Below, piece after piece: positions 49,429 through 59,938 of a DNA stretch of 64,000 bases. Below the pieces are notes generated by a model. That model searched no databases, was not told where the DNA came from, and saw only the letters and a program-made list of their open reading frames with translations. Numbering within the stretch: position 1 is the first letter of the stretch; every line of letters starts with the position of its first letter. This stretch comes from an uncultured delta proteobacterium (lineage in GTDB: Bacteria; Desulfobacterota; Desulfomonilia; Desulfomonilales; Desulfomonilaceae). Both the position numbers and the translations under genes were made by a program. The DNA is taken from NCBI GenBank assembly GCA_963789265.1, contig CAWBKB010000001.1:1728001-1792000 (forward strand). Direction: 5' to 3'.

Positions 49429-51480
49429 ATGGCTGAAGCACCGACTTTATTCTATACGAATTACTACAATTCCCGCGTGGGGAAGATCGCCATCGTCACC
49501 ATGGATAATGGCGAAGACTACAAGAAGCCCAATACCTTCGGTGAAAAAGCGCTTGCGTCCTTGCACGAAACTATAGACAAGATCCAAGCTGACAAGGATC
49601 TGAAAGGCATGATGCTCTGCGGTAAACATTACATTTTCGCCGTGGGAGCGGATCTGATGCAGATCCCCTTTGTAAATACCTTCGAGCAGGGCCGGCGTAA
49701 CGGCGCGGCGGGCCACGCGGCCATGAAGCGGATTATGGACCTGAAGATACCTACTCTGGCTGCAATCAACGGCGCTGCACTCGGGGGAGGGCTTGAAATC
49801 GGTTTGTATTGCAACTACCGCACCGTATCCAAGGCTGTTACCGCGATAGCATTTCCCGAATGCTTCCTCGGACTTATCCCTGGCTGGGGAGGATCCACCC
49901 TCATGCCTCGGCTGATAGGTCCGGAGAAGGCATTGGAACTTATCGTGTACAACCCGATGAACCAGAATCGAATGATAGACGGCACTAAAGCCTTCCAAAT
50001 GGGAATTGCCGACAGGCTCTACGATTCCGTAGATTTTTTCGACGAATCCCTTGCGTTTCTTGAGGATCTGATTGAAGGCAAAGAAACAGTCGAGCGAAAT
50101 CAGCCCGACACGTCAAAGCTCAAGAACCTTGTTGACTCGGCCCGGAGCTTCCTGGACATGAGGGTACATGGAGCCACGCCTGCCCCTTACCGGGCCATCG
50201 AACTGATTCAAGGGGCCTGCGACTTCGATAGAAGCTTGGAAGAGTGCTTCGCAGAGGAAGACAAAGCCTTGGGCGATCTTATCAAGAGCCGCCAATGCAA
50301 AGCCGGCGTTTACAGCTTCGATCTGGTGCAACGCCGTGCGAAAAGGCCGGCCGGTCGGCCTGCGGATGTCAGTCCTCGCCCTATCAAGAAGATAGGCGTC
50401 ATTGGCGCGGGACTGATGGCTTCTCAGCTAGCCATGCTTTTCCTCAGACGTTACGGCGTTCCTGTGGTGATGAAGGACATCAAGCAAGAGTTTTTGGATA
50501 AAGGGCTCGGGTACGTCAAAGGCGAGCTGGCAGGTCAAGTTGCCAGGGGAAAAATGACTCAGGCCAGGGCGGACTATCTCTTCCGGCTTCTTATCGGGAC
50601 TCTGGACTGGGATGCGTTCGCGGATTGCGACTTCGTAATAGAGGCGGTCTTCGAAGAGATGCGCGTGAAACAGGATGTCTTTGCGCAGGCAGAAGCTGTG
50701 GTCTCTCCTACGTGCATTCTGGCCACTAACACTTCCAGTTTATCCATCACTGAGATGGCATCCCAGTTGAAGAACCCGGAACGTGTGGTGGGATTCCACT
50801 TTTTCAACCCTGTTGCAGTCCTGCCGCTCCTGGAGATCATCAAGGGAGAGAAGACTGACGATGCAACACTCGCCACAGCGTTCGAGTGCGCCAAGAAGAT
50901 CAGGAAGACCGCGATACTTGTCAAAGATTCGCCCGGCTTCCTTGTGAACAGGATTCTCACAAAATTCATAGGTGACTGTTTCGAGATCGTAGACGAAGGA
51001 GCGGATTTCGTTCAGGTGGACGACGCCGCACTCATGTTGGGGCTTCCTATGGCGCCTTTTGAGCTTTTGGCCTTGGTAGGACCGGCAGTGGGATTTCATG
51101 TTGGTGAAACCCTCCACAAGGCGTGGCCGGATCGCTTCCCCATTAACGAGCACTTCAAGAAGCTCGTCGAGGCGAAGATACCGGGGATATACCGAGGCAT
51201 GGGTCCTGGAAAGCAAGTATTACCTCAGGTGGCTGAAATCTGGAAAGACAAGGGCAACAAGGAGTTTGTAAAAGAAGAAATTCTGGATCGGCTTCTCACC
51301 AACCTGACGGTGGAGATCGATCTGATTCTCAAAGAGAAGGTTGTTGCGGACCCCAAGGACATAGATACGGCCATGATCATGGGCGCGGGGTGGCCGTTCT
51401 TCAACGGTGGGATAACCTTGTACCTGGATGTTACGGGCTATACCCCCAAAATCTTGCAGAAAGTGTTCTTCAGAATTTAG
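49429..51480 (+). CDS. fadB: Enoyl-CoA hydratase/3-hydroxyacyl-CoA dehydrogenase
   Basis: ALGGGLE, PECFLGLIPGWGG, GAGLMA, EAVFE, NTSS, HFFNP. Confidence 0.93.
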   Translation: MAEAPTLFYTNYYNSRVGKIAIVTMDNGEDYKKPNTFGEKALASLHETIDKIQADKDLKGMMLCGKHYIFAVGADLMQIPFVNTFEQGRRNGAAGHAAMKRIMDLKIPTLAAINGAALGGGLEIGLYCNYRTVSKAVTAIAFPECFLGLIPGWGGSTLMPRLIGPEKALELIVYNPMNQNRMIDGTKAFQMGIADRLYDSVDFFDESLAFLEDLIEGKETVERNQPDTSKLKNLVDSARSFLDMRVHGATPAPYRAIELIQGACDFDRSLEECFAEEDKALGDLIKSRQCKAGVYSFDLVQRRAKRPAGRPADVSPRPIKKIGVIGAGLMASQLAMLFLRRYGVPVVMKDIKQEFLDKGLGYVKGELAGQVARGKMTQARADYLFRLLIGTLDWDAFADCDFVIEAVFEEMRVKQDVFAQAEAVVSPTCILATNTSSLSITEMASQLKNPERVVGFHFFNPVAVLPLLEIIKGEKTDDATLATAFECAKKIRKTAILVKDSPGFLVNRILTKFIGDCFEIVDEGADFVQVDDAALMLGLPMAPFELLALVGPAVGFHVGETLHKAWPDRFPINEHFKKLVEAKIPGIYRGMGPGKQVLPQVAEIWKDKGNKEFVKEEILDRLLTNLTVEIDLILKEKVVADPKDIDTAMIMGAGWPFFNGGITLYLDVTGYTPKILQKVFFRI

Positions 51481-51492
51481 ATTACAGAAGAA

Positions 51493-51517
51493 AGGGGGAC
51501 CTGGTAGCAGGCCCCCT
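51493..51517. terminator. Hairpin between convergent fadB and APC permease
   Basis: AGGGGGACCTG-GTAG-CAGGCCCCCT. Confidence 0.5.
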
Positions 51518-51571
51518 GCCCGCCTTTTGCCAAGTCACGCGCGCAAAGAAGATTTCTAGTTGGTCCTCGTC

Positions 51572-52888
51572 TTAAGAGACCGGTGGGTTGACCGCCGATA
51601 AGCCCACTCCGCGCGACAAACAAATCGGAATCAGAACTACCATGGTAATCAATGCCACCCGGGAGTTTTGGTAAATGTAGACGCAGAGAACTGCCAGCAT
51701 GGCCAGGCATGTGGCCAAGGCCAGAGCCACAATCGCTTTATTTCCTCCGGTCTCTGCGGCCACTCTCAGATGAGCGACATGCACACAGGCATAGATCAAA
51801 AGAAAAGCCCCACTTCCCATCATCGCAATACCGGACAAATCGAAAAACAGAATGAATAAAATCACCAGAGCAGAGGTGACAAAAAGGCCTCCACCGGGGT
51901 TTTGCCGAAATTGCCATGAAAACACGTCAGGCAATTCACCGTCGCGGGCGATCGTGTAACTAACATTGGCCGCGCCAAAAAGGGTTGCATTGATTGCCGA
52001 GGCGGTGGAAAAGAGGGCCCCTACTGCAATCAGTCTGAAACCGAAATTTCCCAGGAACGGCTTTGCGGCTTCAGCCAGAGCATAGTCCTTTGCGCTCAAG
52101 ATTGTTTTAATATCAAGGTTCCCAATCACCGCCACCGATACTGCCACGTATATGAGGATGACGATGATAACGCTCAGGTACAGAGCCGTTGGCAACAATT
52201 TTCGGGGATCGTTCATATCTTCCGCAGCATTTGCCACCAATCCGAATCCTTCGTACCCGATGAAGAGAACACCTGCCCCAAAGAGGATTCCAGGGACCGC
52301 GGGCCATAATGCCGGCGCCAGGTATGCAGGATGAATAAAGAACAGCCCCGCACCAGCGAACAGAAGGAGAATGATTAATTTCACTGCAACGATTAATGTC
52401 TCGGATCCGCCCACCACTCTTGCGCCTATTAGATTAACGCCGGTAAATACCAGTACGATTCCGACACCTATGGCTTTGGGCAACCAAAAGGGCAAGCCTG
52501 ATGGCACGAAAGTCATAGCGTATCCGGAGAATCCTTGCGCATAAAGGGCCAATGCGATCACATAGCCGATCCACATATAAAGGTTGATCCCCCCACTGAG
52601 CACACCGTCGCCGAAGCCCTTCACGAGGAATTCCACAGCGCCTCCTGCGGAAGGATAGCGAGCCCCCAGCTTCGCATAAGAGTAGGTAGAAAGAAGTGCG
52701 ACGGCTCCGCCAATCATAAATGACATCCACATCGCCGTTCCGGAAGCCTCAGCCACAACGCCCAGGATGGAAAAAATTCCGGCACCGATCATTCCGCCGA
52801 TGCCTATGGACATGGCAGCGAAAAGGCCGATCCGGCCTGCAGAAGTATGGCTTTGTTTACCAATTCTAACGCCGGCTCTATCAACCAT
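51572..52888 (-). CDS. APC family amino-acid permease (extreme C-terminus probably frameshifted; alternative stop 51556)
   Basis: GGMIGAGIF, PSAGG, YEGF...AED; alternative frame gives EWAYRRSTHRSLKTRTN*. Confidence 0.9.
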   Translation of the reverse strand: MVDRAGVRIGKQSHTSAGRIGLFAAMSIGIGGMIGAGIFSILGVVAEASGTAMWMSFMIGGAVALLSTYSYAKLGARYPSAGGAVEFLVKGFGDGVLSGGINLYMWIGYVIALALYAQGFSGYAMTFVPSGLPFWLPKAIGVGIVLVFTGVNLIGARVVGGSETLIVAVKLIILLLFAGAGLFFIHPAYLAPALWPAVPGILFGAGVLFIGYEGFGLVANAAEDMNDPRKLLPTALYLSVIIVILIYVAVSVAVIGNLDIKTILSAKDYALAEAAKPFLGNFGFRLIAVGALFSTASAINATLFGAANVSYTIARDGELPDVFSWQFRQNPGGGLFVTSALVILFILFFDLSGIAMMGSGAFLLIYACVHVAHLRVAAETGGNKAIVALALATCLAMLAVLCVYIYQNSRVALITMVVLIPICLSRGVGLSAVNPPVS

Positions 52889-52992
52889 GTGGCACCCCCT
52901 ACTCCAAACTTCGCTTACAATTATTCGGATAATAGTTTATTGCAGTGTTGCGTCTCCACGCAATAGTTTATAAGCTATTTGCAAGCAAGCAA

Positions 52993-53220
52993 ATGCGAAG
53001 ATACAGGGTAATAGTTGAAAAGCACTCCGATTGCTACGTGGCCTACCCCCTCGGGATCAAGGGAGTCGTCGTGGGTCAAGGCGATACCTACGAACAAGCC
53101 CTGTCGGACGTCAAGTCAGCCATTAAGTTTCACATCGAAACTTTTGGCGCAGATGCATTGGCAAACTGCAGCGGGACCTCGGACGAAAGGCGCCCCTTAC
53201 GCTACCCCCGAAAACCCTGA
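52993..53220 (+). CDS. HicB-like antitoxin (cognate hicA apparently lost)
   Basis: YVAYPLGIKGVVVGQGDTYEQAL..AIKFHIE. Confidence 0.75.
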   Translation: MRRYRVIVEKHSDCYVAYPLGIKGVVVGQGDTYEQALSDVKSAIKFHIETFGADALANCSGTSDERRPLRYPRKP

Positions 53221-53354
53221 TGTTGCGCGTCGCTTCTCTTGGAGGCCAAAAAAAAACTGTGGTCAAATAACCTAGGAAGGAAATAATCAGGAGATCTTAA
53301 AGATGGGGCACGAGGAAGACCCTGTCGTTAGAGTCTTCCTCTACTATTTCACTC

Positions 53355-54281
53355 TTACGCTTCTGCAGCTTCCTTTTCCGGGACTTCCGCGGCCTTCTTG
53401 GCAGCGGCAGCAGCCTTTTTCGCGGCCTGGTCCGCCTTTATTTCCGCGACTGCCTGCGCTTGCCGCTCAGGATCGGTGTATCGGAAGATAAACTGACGGT
53501 TACAAGCCCACACACACGCTTTGGCCATTCCTTCGTCGAATTTATCGTAGTCGATCTCGATGCGGTCCTTGACCATGTTGACCACATCTTTGGCCTTTCT
53601 CGTGCAGGCCATGCAGTGAATGCACCCGGCTTTGCACACATTGCTCACCGCCTTGCCCGAATCATGGTTGCTGCAAGGAACATACGCAGTCGCATCCTTG
53701 GGAAGCAGTTGCAATACCTGTTTCGGGCAAGTCTTAACGCATATACCGCAACCGGTGCAGGCTTCAGGATCGATTACCGGCATATTGTCTTTCATGTGGA
53801 TAGCGTTGAAGGGGCACGCGGCTTCACAGTCGCCGTAACCGACGCACGCGAAATTGCACTCGTACGGGCCGCCAAACGCTATTGAAGCTGCCTGGCAACT
53901 GTCAAATCCGATGTAGGAATGCTTCCTCTTGACTTCACCGTCGTTCCGAGCACATCGAAGGAAGGAAATCACGCTGCTCGCCGCACCCGCAGCCTTGCCC
54001 GTGATCGCGGCAACCTTTTCCGCCACTTCTTGCTTCCCCGGCGCACACTTACCCGGGGGACAATTGGGATCGACGACACAGGCTTCTGCATACGATTCGC
54101 ACCCGGCGAATCCGCACGCGCCTCAATTAGCTCCAGGCAGACACGCCCTCACTGCCTCGATTTTAGGATTGACCTTTACAGCAAACTGCTTGGCCAACAG
54201 GGCCAGAGCTGCGCCTGTGAGCCCACCGAATACCGCAAAGAATATTGTTCCGATTATCGCTATGAACCAAACATTATCCAT
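53355..54281 (-). CDS. rnfB: Rnf complex subunit B, selenoprotein (U53), 308 aa
   Basis: N-terminal TM; LPGAN-TGA-GACGFAGC in frame with the downstream ferredoxin motifs (CVGYGDCEAACP, CTGCGICVKTCP); RBS GAGGTG. Confidence 0.9.
54088..54119 (-). promoter_or_regulatory. SECIS-like hairpin of rnfB
   Basis: mRNA GCGUGC-G-GAUUCGC-CGGGU-GCGAAUC-GUAUGC; loop 17 nt after the UGA. Confidence 0.8.
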
Positions 54282-54435
54282 GCTATGGCACCTCGAAAAA
54301 ACCGCGTGCTTGTGCCGCGGCATTGTGTGACGAGCGGATTTCAGGCGAATGATTCTCAGGACCGAGAAATTGCCCGCATCGGATCATCATAATCAGTTAA
54401 ACCACCTGAATCAAGTGTCCGGCCTCCAACGGGCT

Positions 54436-55392
54436 CTAAAATATTGAAAGGCCCGAGAAGCCCAGGAAGGCCAACGCGAACAACCCGGTCACTATGAAGG
54501 CAATGGGAAGCCCCTGAAAAGTTGGCGGTACCCGGCTTACCTCGAGTTTCTCTCGAACACAGGACATGAGGAACAGCGCGAGAGCAAAACCAAGCCCCGC
54601 ACCTACGCCAAGGGTCAGGCTGGCAAATGGCCCGTTGCCGCTATCCGCATTTAACAGCGGGACAGCAAGAATGATGCAGTTGGTAACGATCAGTACAAGG
54701 TAGACACCAAACCTTTTAAACAGAAAAGGGTTGACCTTTCTGAGAACTGTATCCGCTGCTTGTACAAAAATCGCCACGGTCCCGATAAACACAATGATTT
54801 TCAAAAAGTCGAGATGTAGTGTCTGCAGGACATAAGAGAAAAGGGCCCAGCACATGATTGAGCTTAACCCAATCACTATGGTGAAGGTGATTCCCATGCC
54901 TATGGCTGTTTCCTTCTTCTGAGAAACTCCGAAGAAGATGCACAATCCCAGATACTTAGTAAACACAAAGTTGTTGATCAGCATCGCCCCAAGGAAGATC
55001 GCGAACAGAACCTGAGTCTGGCTCTTCTTGACCAAAAAACCGACCCGGTTCTTCAGGATCTTGCCGCCGGAAGTGACATCCTTTGCCTCAACTATGTATT
55101 GGCTGGAGAGGTTCAACGGATCCTTGAATTTTAGTATGGCGGTTGTCTTACGAGGGCCGAGCGTGACTGATTCGACCGGGATCTTAATGTCAGGGTTGGG
55201 TTTCTCGTACGTGGAGTAGTTCGACGGATTCTTGGCCCAGGCCTCATCTACGGGAACGCCAAATGAAATTTTTATTTGTTTATCATTCTTGAATGAGCCC
55301 GTCTGAGTAGATTCTGCCAGAAGGGGGCCGCAAATCCAGAGGGATAGAGCCGCAGCTAATACTAGCTTGAGAAGATGCTTCCGTATATGCAT
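54436..55392 (-). CDS. rnfA: Rnf complex subunit A with N-terminal exported Ig-like domain
   Basis: RnfA core NNFVFTKYLGLC and LIVTNC, preceded by a signal peptide and ~100-aa beta-rich domain. Confidence 0.88.
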   Translation of the reverse strand: MHIRKHLLKLVLAAALSLWICGPLLAESTQTGSFKNDKQIKISFGVPVDEAWAKNPSNYSTYEKPNPDIKIPVESVTLGPRKTTAILKFKDPLNLSSQYIVEAKDVTSGGKILKNRVGFLVKKSQTQVLFAIFLGAMLINNFVFTKYLGLCIFFGVSQKKETAIGMGITFTIVIGLSSIMCWALFSYVLQTLHLDFLKIIVFIGTVAIFVQAADTVLRKVNPFLFKRFGVYLVLIVTNCIILAVPLLNADSGNGPFASLTLGVGAGLGFALALFLMSCVREKLEVSRVPPTFQGLPIAFIVTGLFALAFLGFSGLSIF

Positions 55393-55393
55393 G

Positions 55394-56014
55394 TCAGTGC
55401 GCTCCTCCCGACCTGGGCAGCTTGCCCGTGATCTTGTATTCAAACCAGTTGAAGGTTGCCATGATGAAGCCGATCACAAAAAAGCCACCGGCAGGCAAAA
55501 TCAACAATAAGAGGGGTCTGAATCCCAGCACGTCATAACCCCAAAGCTGACCGGCCCCGAAAAATTCTCTGATAGCCCCAATTAGAACGAGGCCGAAGCA
55601 AAAGCCTGCGCCCATGCCGACTCCATCCCAAAAAGACGGAACTAGCGGCTCTTTTGATGCAAACAGCTCAAGCCTTGAAATAATGATCGCAAAGACGACT
55701 ATCAATTTGACAAACAGGGCAACCTGTTTGTACACCGCCGGGGAAATGACCGGTAGTATCATATCGATCACTGTGACCCACAAGGCGATCACGATGACGT
55801 AAGCGGGTATTCTGATCCTGGGATGAATCCAGGACTTGAATATCGAAACCGTGCAGCTCGAGAACACTTGGACGAATAGGACCGCGATCCCCAGGAGGAG
55901 GCCGTTCTTGATGGAAGTGGTTACCGCCACGGCAGGGCACAGACTGAGAGCTAATCGGAAGATCGGATTTTCGGGAATTAATCCGTTCCACACAAGTCTT
56001 ACGTTCCGGTTCAC
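55394..56014 (-). CDS. rnfE: Rnf complex subunit E
   Basis: ENPIF..LSLCPAVAVT, IRIP, REFFG, LPAGGF. Confidence 0.92.
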   Translation of the reverse strand: MNRNVRLVWNGLIPENPIFRLALSLCPAVAVTTSIKNGLLLGIAVLFVQVFSSCTVSIFKSWIHPRIRIPAYVIVIALWVTVIDMILPVISPAVYKQVALFVKLIVVFAIIISRLELFASKEPLVPSFWDGVGMGAGFCFGLVLIGAIREFFGAGQLWGYDVLGFRPLLLLILPAGGFFVIGFIMATFNWFEYKITGKLPRSGGAH

Positions 56015-56025
56015 CTTAACCTCCC

Positions 56026-56934
56026 CTAGAATGCAACCCGCACATTTTCTTGCTTGAGAGCGTCGGTTAATATGCCAATCCGATACGCAAACTTTCTGAC
56101 CGTACTCTTTACTCCGCGAGTCACAGCGCGGCTTGATATGGTCGCACCGGTCAAGGCATATATATTCTGTTTTGCGTACTTTTTCTTTGTGTCGCGAATC
56201 TGATCCGGCGTGAGATGCTCCTGCTTGGCTTTCTCGGGCTCAAGAACGCTGAGATAGTCGGCAGGCAACGGCTCTTTTATAACTTTGAGAGTCTTCAAGA
56301 CCTCGAGGGTCTTCCCCACAAATTGATTTCTGAAGTAGCGATGCTCTATTCCCGCTCCCAGCCCAGGATCCTCTTCGGAGGAGATAATAGCCACACCTGT
56401 GACCGCTAATTCCGGGTCAAGGGAAACCATCATCTTGATGAACGTCTTAAAACCCTGTGTCACCCCCGGGATCACATATCCAAGGCGTTTGCCCCCGAGG
56501 TCCGCAATTGACAGGGTTTCCGTGTAGGTGGCCTTGGAGCCTTTAGGCAGGGCTTTCTCGATCGCGGCGTCCCTGGTGCCCTTCTCAGCCAATTCCGCAG
56601 CACTAGCCGAGATGGGGATTATCTTGTCCGGCTCACCCGAGAGGTCGATTTCCACCAGGCCAAATCCCTTTTCCTTAAGCGGAAGCAGGTAGCCCAAGAC
56701 TGTAGTCCCTTTGCTATCTGTGATTACATACCGGTAAACGTCAAAGATTTTGAGGTCATTCGGTATCTTGGTACCGGCGCCGTAGCCGAGGAGGCTCTGA
56801 ACCGTCTCTTTTGTCTGTCTTGCCTCGTTTTCCTTACGCAAGCGTTCCGTCTTGGCGTACACGAAGCCCAATATCGAGGCTGCGGCAAGGCACACTATGG
56901 TCAAACTAGCAGTGATCTTGAGAATATCTTTCAT
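56026..56934 (-). CDS. rnfG: Rnf complex subunit G
   Basis: N-terminal anchor, EDPGLG, FMN-binding LTGATISS. Confidence 0.9.
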   Translation of the reverse strand: MKDILKITASLTIVCLAAASILGFVYAKTERLRKENEARQTKETVQSLLGYGAGTKIPNDLKIFDVYRYVITDSKGTTVLGYLLPLKEKGFGLVEIDLSGEPDKIIPISASAAELAEKGTRDAAIEKALPKGSKATYTETLSIADLGGKRLGYVIPGVTQGFKTFIKMMVSLDPELAVTGVAIISSEEDPGLGAGIEHRYFRNQFVGKTLEVLKTLKVIKEPLPADYLSVLEPEKAKQEHLTPDQIRDTKKKYAKQNIYALTGATISSRAVTRGVKSTVRKFAYRIGILTDALKQENVRVAF

Positions 56935-56960
56935 TGAACCCTCTTACGACAGCGGAAGCC

Positions 56961-57992
56961 CTATTTTACGGCCGCGACGGGCGCCTGCTTCGGCGGAGCG
57001 AATCTCTTCGGCTTGAACCATTCATCAAGGGCCGGAGTAAGGCAGTTCATCAGTAAAATGGCGTAGCAAACCCCTTCTGGATAGCCACCTTTAAGGCGAA
57101 TGACCACCGTAAGGACACCTACACCGATACCAAAGACGACCTGAGCGCTCTTGAGCGTGGGAGAAGTGACATAGTCGGTGCACATAAAGAAAGCGCCCAG
57201 CATGAGACCACCTGATAGCATATAAATGAGGGGATGGCCTGTGAACCAAGTCTCTCCGCCGAAGATCCAACTGAGAATACCCACAGTAGCTATAGTCGAA
57301 ACTGGAATATGCCAGGTTATGATACCCCGGGCCAAAAGAAACAGGCCCCCAAGAAGGATCAGCACAGCGGATGTTTCCCCGATGCATCCCGGCCTCAAGC
57401 CGATGAAAAAATTATGATAAATAGTCGAGAGACCTCCGAACTGCTCCGTGAGTGCGTGGAAACCATAATGCCTCAATACGTACAACGGCGTAGCGGTTGA
57501 AACCGCATCCAACCCTTTCACGTAGATGTCCAGAGGAGCTTTTGCCCAGTTCACCGGCGGTATCCAGGCAGAGGTCATATACACAGGAAAGGAGGCAGTG
57601 AGAAGCGCGCGTCCCACAAGAGCGGGGTTCCAAACGTTGAATCCCAGGCCCCCCACCAATTCTTTGTTGATGAAGATTGCGCCGACAGCTCCGATTATCG
57701 GTAGCCAATACGGCACTCCCGGCGGTATCACGAAGGCCATCAAAATGCCGGTTAGAACCGCACTCCCGTCACTGACGGTCACAGCTCTTCCGAGTGCCTT
57801 CGAAGAGATCGCTTCGACCACCACGCACGAGATGACGCTCACAAGGGTGATGAACAGCGCTCTGAGGCCAAAGTTGTAAATGGACAACAGCATTACCGGA
57901 ATCAGGGTCGCGGACACGGTCCACATGATTTCGGCAGTGGTTCTCCCCATTCGTATGTGAGGAGAAACCGAAACAGCCCATTGGGGGCCCAA
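56961..57992 (-). CDS. rnfD: Rnf complex subunit D (start uncertain)
   Basis: SPHIR, GGLGFNVWNPA, STATPL, GCIGETS, TDYVTSP, GYPEG. Confidence 0.93.
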   Translation of the reverse strand: MGPQWAVSVSPHIRMGRTTAEIMWTVSATLIPVMLLSIYNFGLRALFITLVSVISCVVVEAISSKALGRAVTVSDGSAVLTGILMAFVIPPGVPYWLPIIGAVGAIFINKELVGGLGFNVWNPALVGRALLTASFPVYMTSAWIPPVNWAKAPLDIYVKGLDAVSTATPLYVLRHYGFHALTEQFGGLSTIYHNFFIGLRPGCIGETSAVLILLGGLFLLARGIITWHIPVSTIATVGILSWIFGGETWFTGHPLIYMLSGGLMLGAFFMCTDYVTSPTLKSAQVVFGIGVGVLTVVIRLKGGYPEGVCYAILLMNCLTPALDEWFKPKRFAPPKQAPVAAVK

Positions 57993-58118
57993 ACTCGGGT
58001 CCCTTTGTTCTAGCGTGTCGATTTTCCCATCCTCCCTCGGATATATTGATTCAGAAGGGGGGCCGTGCGTTTAGCCACACCCCTCTGTGGATGCAAAGGT
58101 TCCCTAAACCGGCAGCTA

Positions 58119-59444
58119 TCAGCCGTGCTTTTTTATTTGTATTTTGGCCAGCCTGGCAAACTGGACCAACGGACGCTTCGCAGGACATACATACGCACAG
58201 CACCCGCATTCAAAGCAATCAAATACGCCGAATTTCTCAGTCAGGTGCCCCTTGCCTGCTTCCACATAGATTGCTACTTCTTTTGGTAAAAGCCCCATCG
58301 GACAAGCTTCCAAACACCAACCACAATGGATGCACGGCCCATAGGCGCTAACATCCGTCTCTTTCTTATTCAAGAACAACACCCCGGACGTTGTCTTGGT
58401 GATTGGAACGTCCAGCGTAGACATAGCGAATCCCATCATCGGGCCGCCTGAAACTATCTTCAAAAGATCTTTGGTGGTACCGCCCAGATAGGCCACCACA
58501 TCGGAAAGCAGGGTACCGACCTTCACTTTCAGGTTGGCCTGTCGATTTATGGCTCTTCCCGAGATGGTTGCAACTTTCTCATACAAGGGCTTATTCATAG
58601 CGGCGGCTTCAAATACAGCGAGAGTCGTGGAAATATTCTGAACTATCACGCCCACGTCAAACGGAAGGCCACCACCGGGAACTGATCGCTTCGTAAGCGA
58701 GTAAATGAGCTGTTTCTCCGATCCCTGGGGATACTTTACCCTCATGCCCTGAATCGCGACAGTTAAATCATCATAACGTGAAGCATCTTTGGCAGCCTTA
58801 CTCATTGCGTTTATCGCATCAGCTTTGTTCAGCTCTATCCCGATGATCCCGCGTTTTATTCCAAGGATCCTGAGGAGGATCTTGGCCCCCGCCACCACCT
58901 TGTCCGGGTATTCCAGCATGAGCCGATGGTCTGTGGTCAGGTAGGGCTCACATTCTGCACCATTGAGCACTAGAACATCGACCTTCGCGGTAGGGGGAGG
59001 TGAAAGCTTAACATGGGTGGGAAATCCGGCTCCTCCCAGTCCCACTATTCCGGCGTCCTTGACCCGGGCCAAAAGCTGCTCGGGAGTTAATTTACGCCAG
59101 TCCTCCACCTCGTATTTCCTGGGCGGCGCGGCCGGGTCTCGCTCGATGATTACGGCATCACATCGAACCATTGTAGGATGAGGACGAGGCTCTATTGCCT
59201 TTACCACGCCGGTGACGCTGCTGTGAATGGCGGCACCAAGCGCTTTTTCAACCACGCCAATGACCTCCCCCTCCTGCACTTCTTGCTTCTTCTTGACAAC
59301 CGGCTGGGCAATCGCGCCAAAATGCATGGACAAGGGGAGAACGACCTGGTCGGGAGGCGGCATCTCCTCGATCGCAAGATGTTCCGTTAGTTCCTTATGT
59401 TCTGCGGGATGCACCCCGCCTTTGGGGAAAGTCGATCCTGCCAT
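58119..59444 (-). CDS. rnfC: Rnf complex subunit C
   Basis: GGVHP, GLGGAGFP, NGAECEP, GGPMMG, two 4Fe-4S motifs. Confidence 0.95.
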   Translation of the reverse strand: MAGSTFPKGGVHPAEHKELTEHLAIEEMPPPDQVVLPLSMHFGAIAQPVVKKKQEVQEGEVIGVVEKALGAAIHSSVTGVVKAIEPRPHPTMVRCDAVIIERDPAAPPRKYEVEDWRKLTPEQLLARVKDAGIVGLGGAGFPTHVKLSPPPTAKVDVLVLNGAECEPYLTTDHRLMLEYPDKVVAGAKILLRILGIKRGIIGIELNKADAINAMSKAAKDASRYDDLTVAIQGMRVKYPQGSEKQLIYSLTKRSVPGGGLPFDVGVIVQNISTTLAVFEAAAMNKPLYEKVATISGRAINRQANLKVKVGTLLSDVVAYLGGTTKDLLKIVSGGPMMGFAMSTLDVPITKTTSGVLFLNKKETDVSAYGPCIHCGWCLEACPMGLLPKEVAIYVEAGKGHLTEKFGVFDCFECGCCAYVCPAKRPLVQFARLAKIQIKKHG

Positions 59445-59938
59445 GATTCCTCTTTATAGCTGCTTCGCACTTCCCGACTGCACCAAAAGGAACGGGCTCG
59501 ACTCCTCGCGTGTCTCCTGTCCCTGACACGTCGCCGCATGTCGGAAAGATGAGCTCGAGATGATTGTATTTTAAGGCTCTTCCTTATAATGCTGGAGAGC
59601 CGTACGTTCTCCCCCTCCGGGAGATGTAACACAGCCGAATAGGTTAATATCAGGAGCCTCTTCTGTCAAGAAATTCTTCGGTTGTCCAGCGTCCTTTCAC
59701 TTACGCGAGGAATCTTCGAGGTTTTGTCGTTGCTGTAGATGTTTTGCTGAATGTAAGTTAATACTCGCGTGCAGCGAGCAGGCAGTTGATGGGACGCCAA
59801 GGAGCCTGCTCCCAGAATGAAATGACACTCGGCTTCCGAGACTGACTACAAAGGTTGCCCAAGATACTATAAAAAGGCTTGCCCTCGGGCCTCCTTTCTC
59901 ATACAAGCACCGGTCAGGGACGGGAGCCGAGGAGAGAC

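Noticed and set aside
57993..58036. Non-canonical ATC start for rnfD 8 nt after a GGAGG
   Set aside because: Cannot be distinguished from a base or indel error or the TTG start at 57992.
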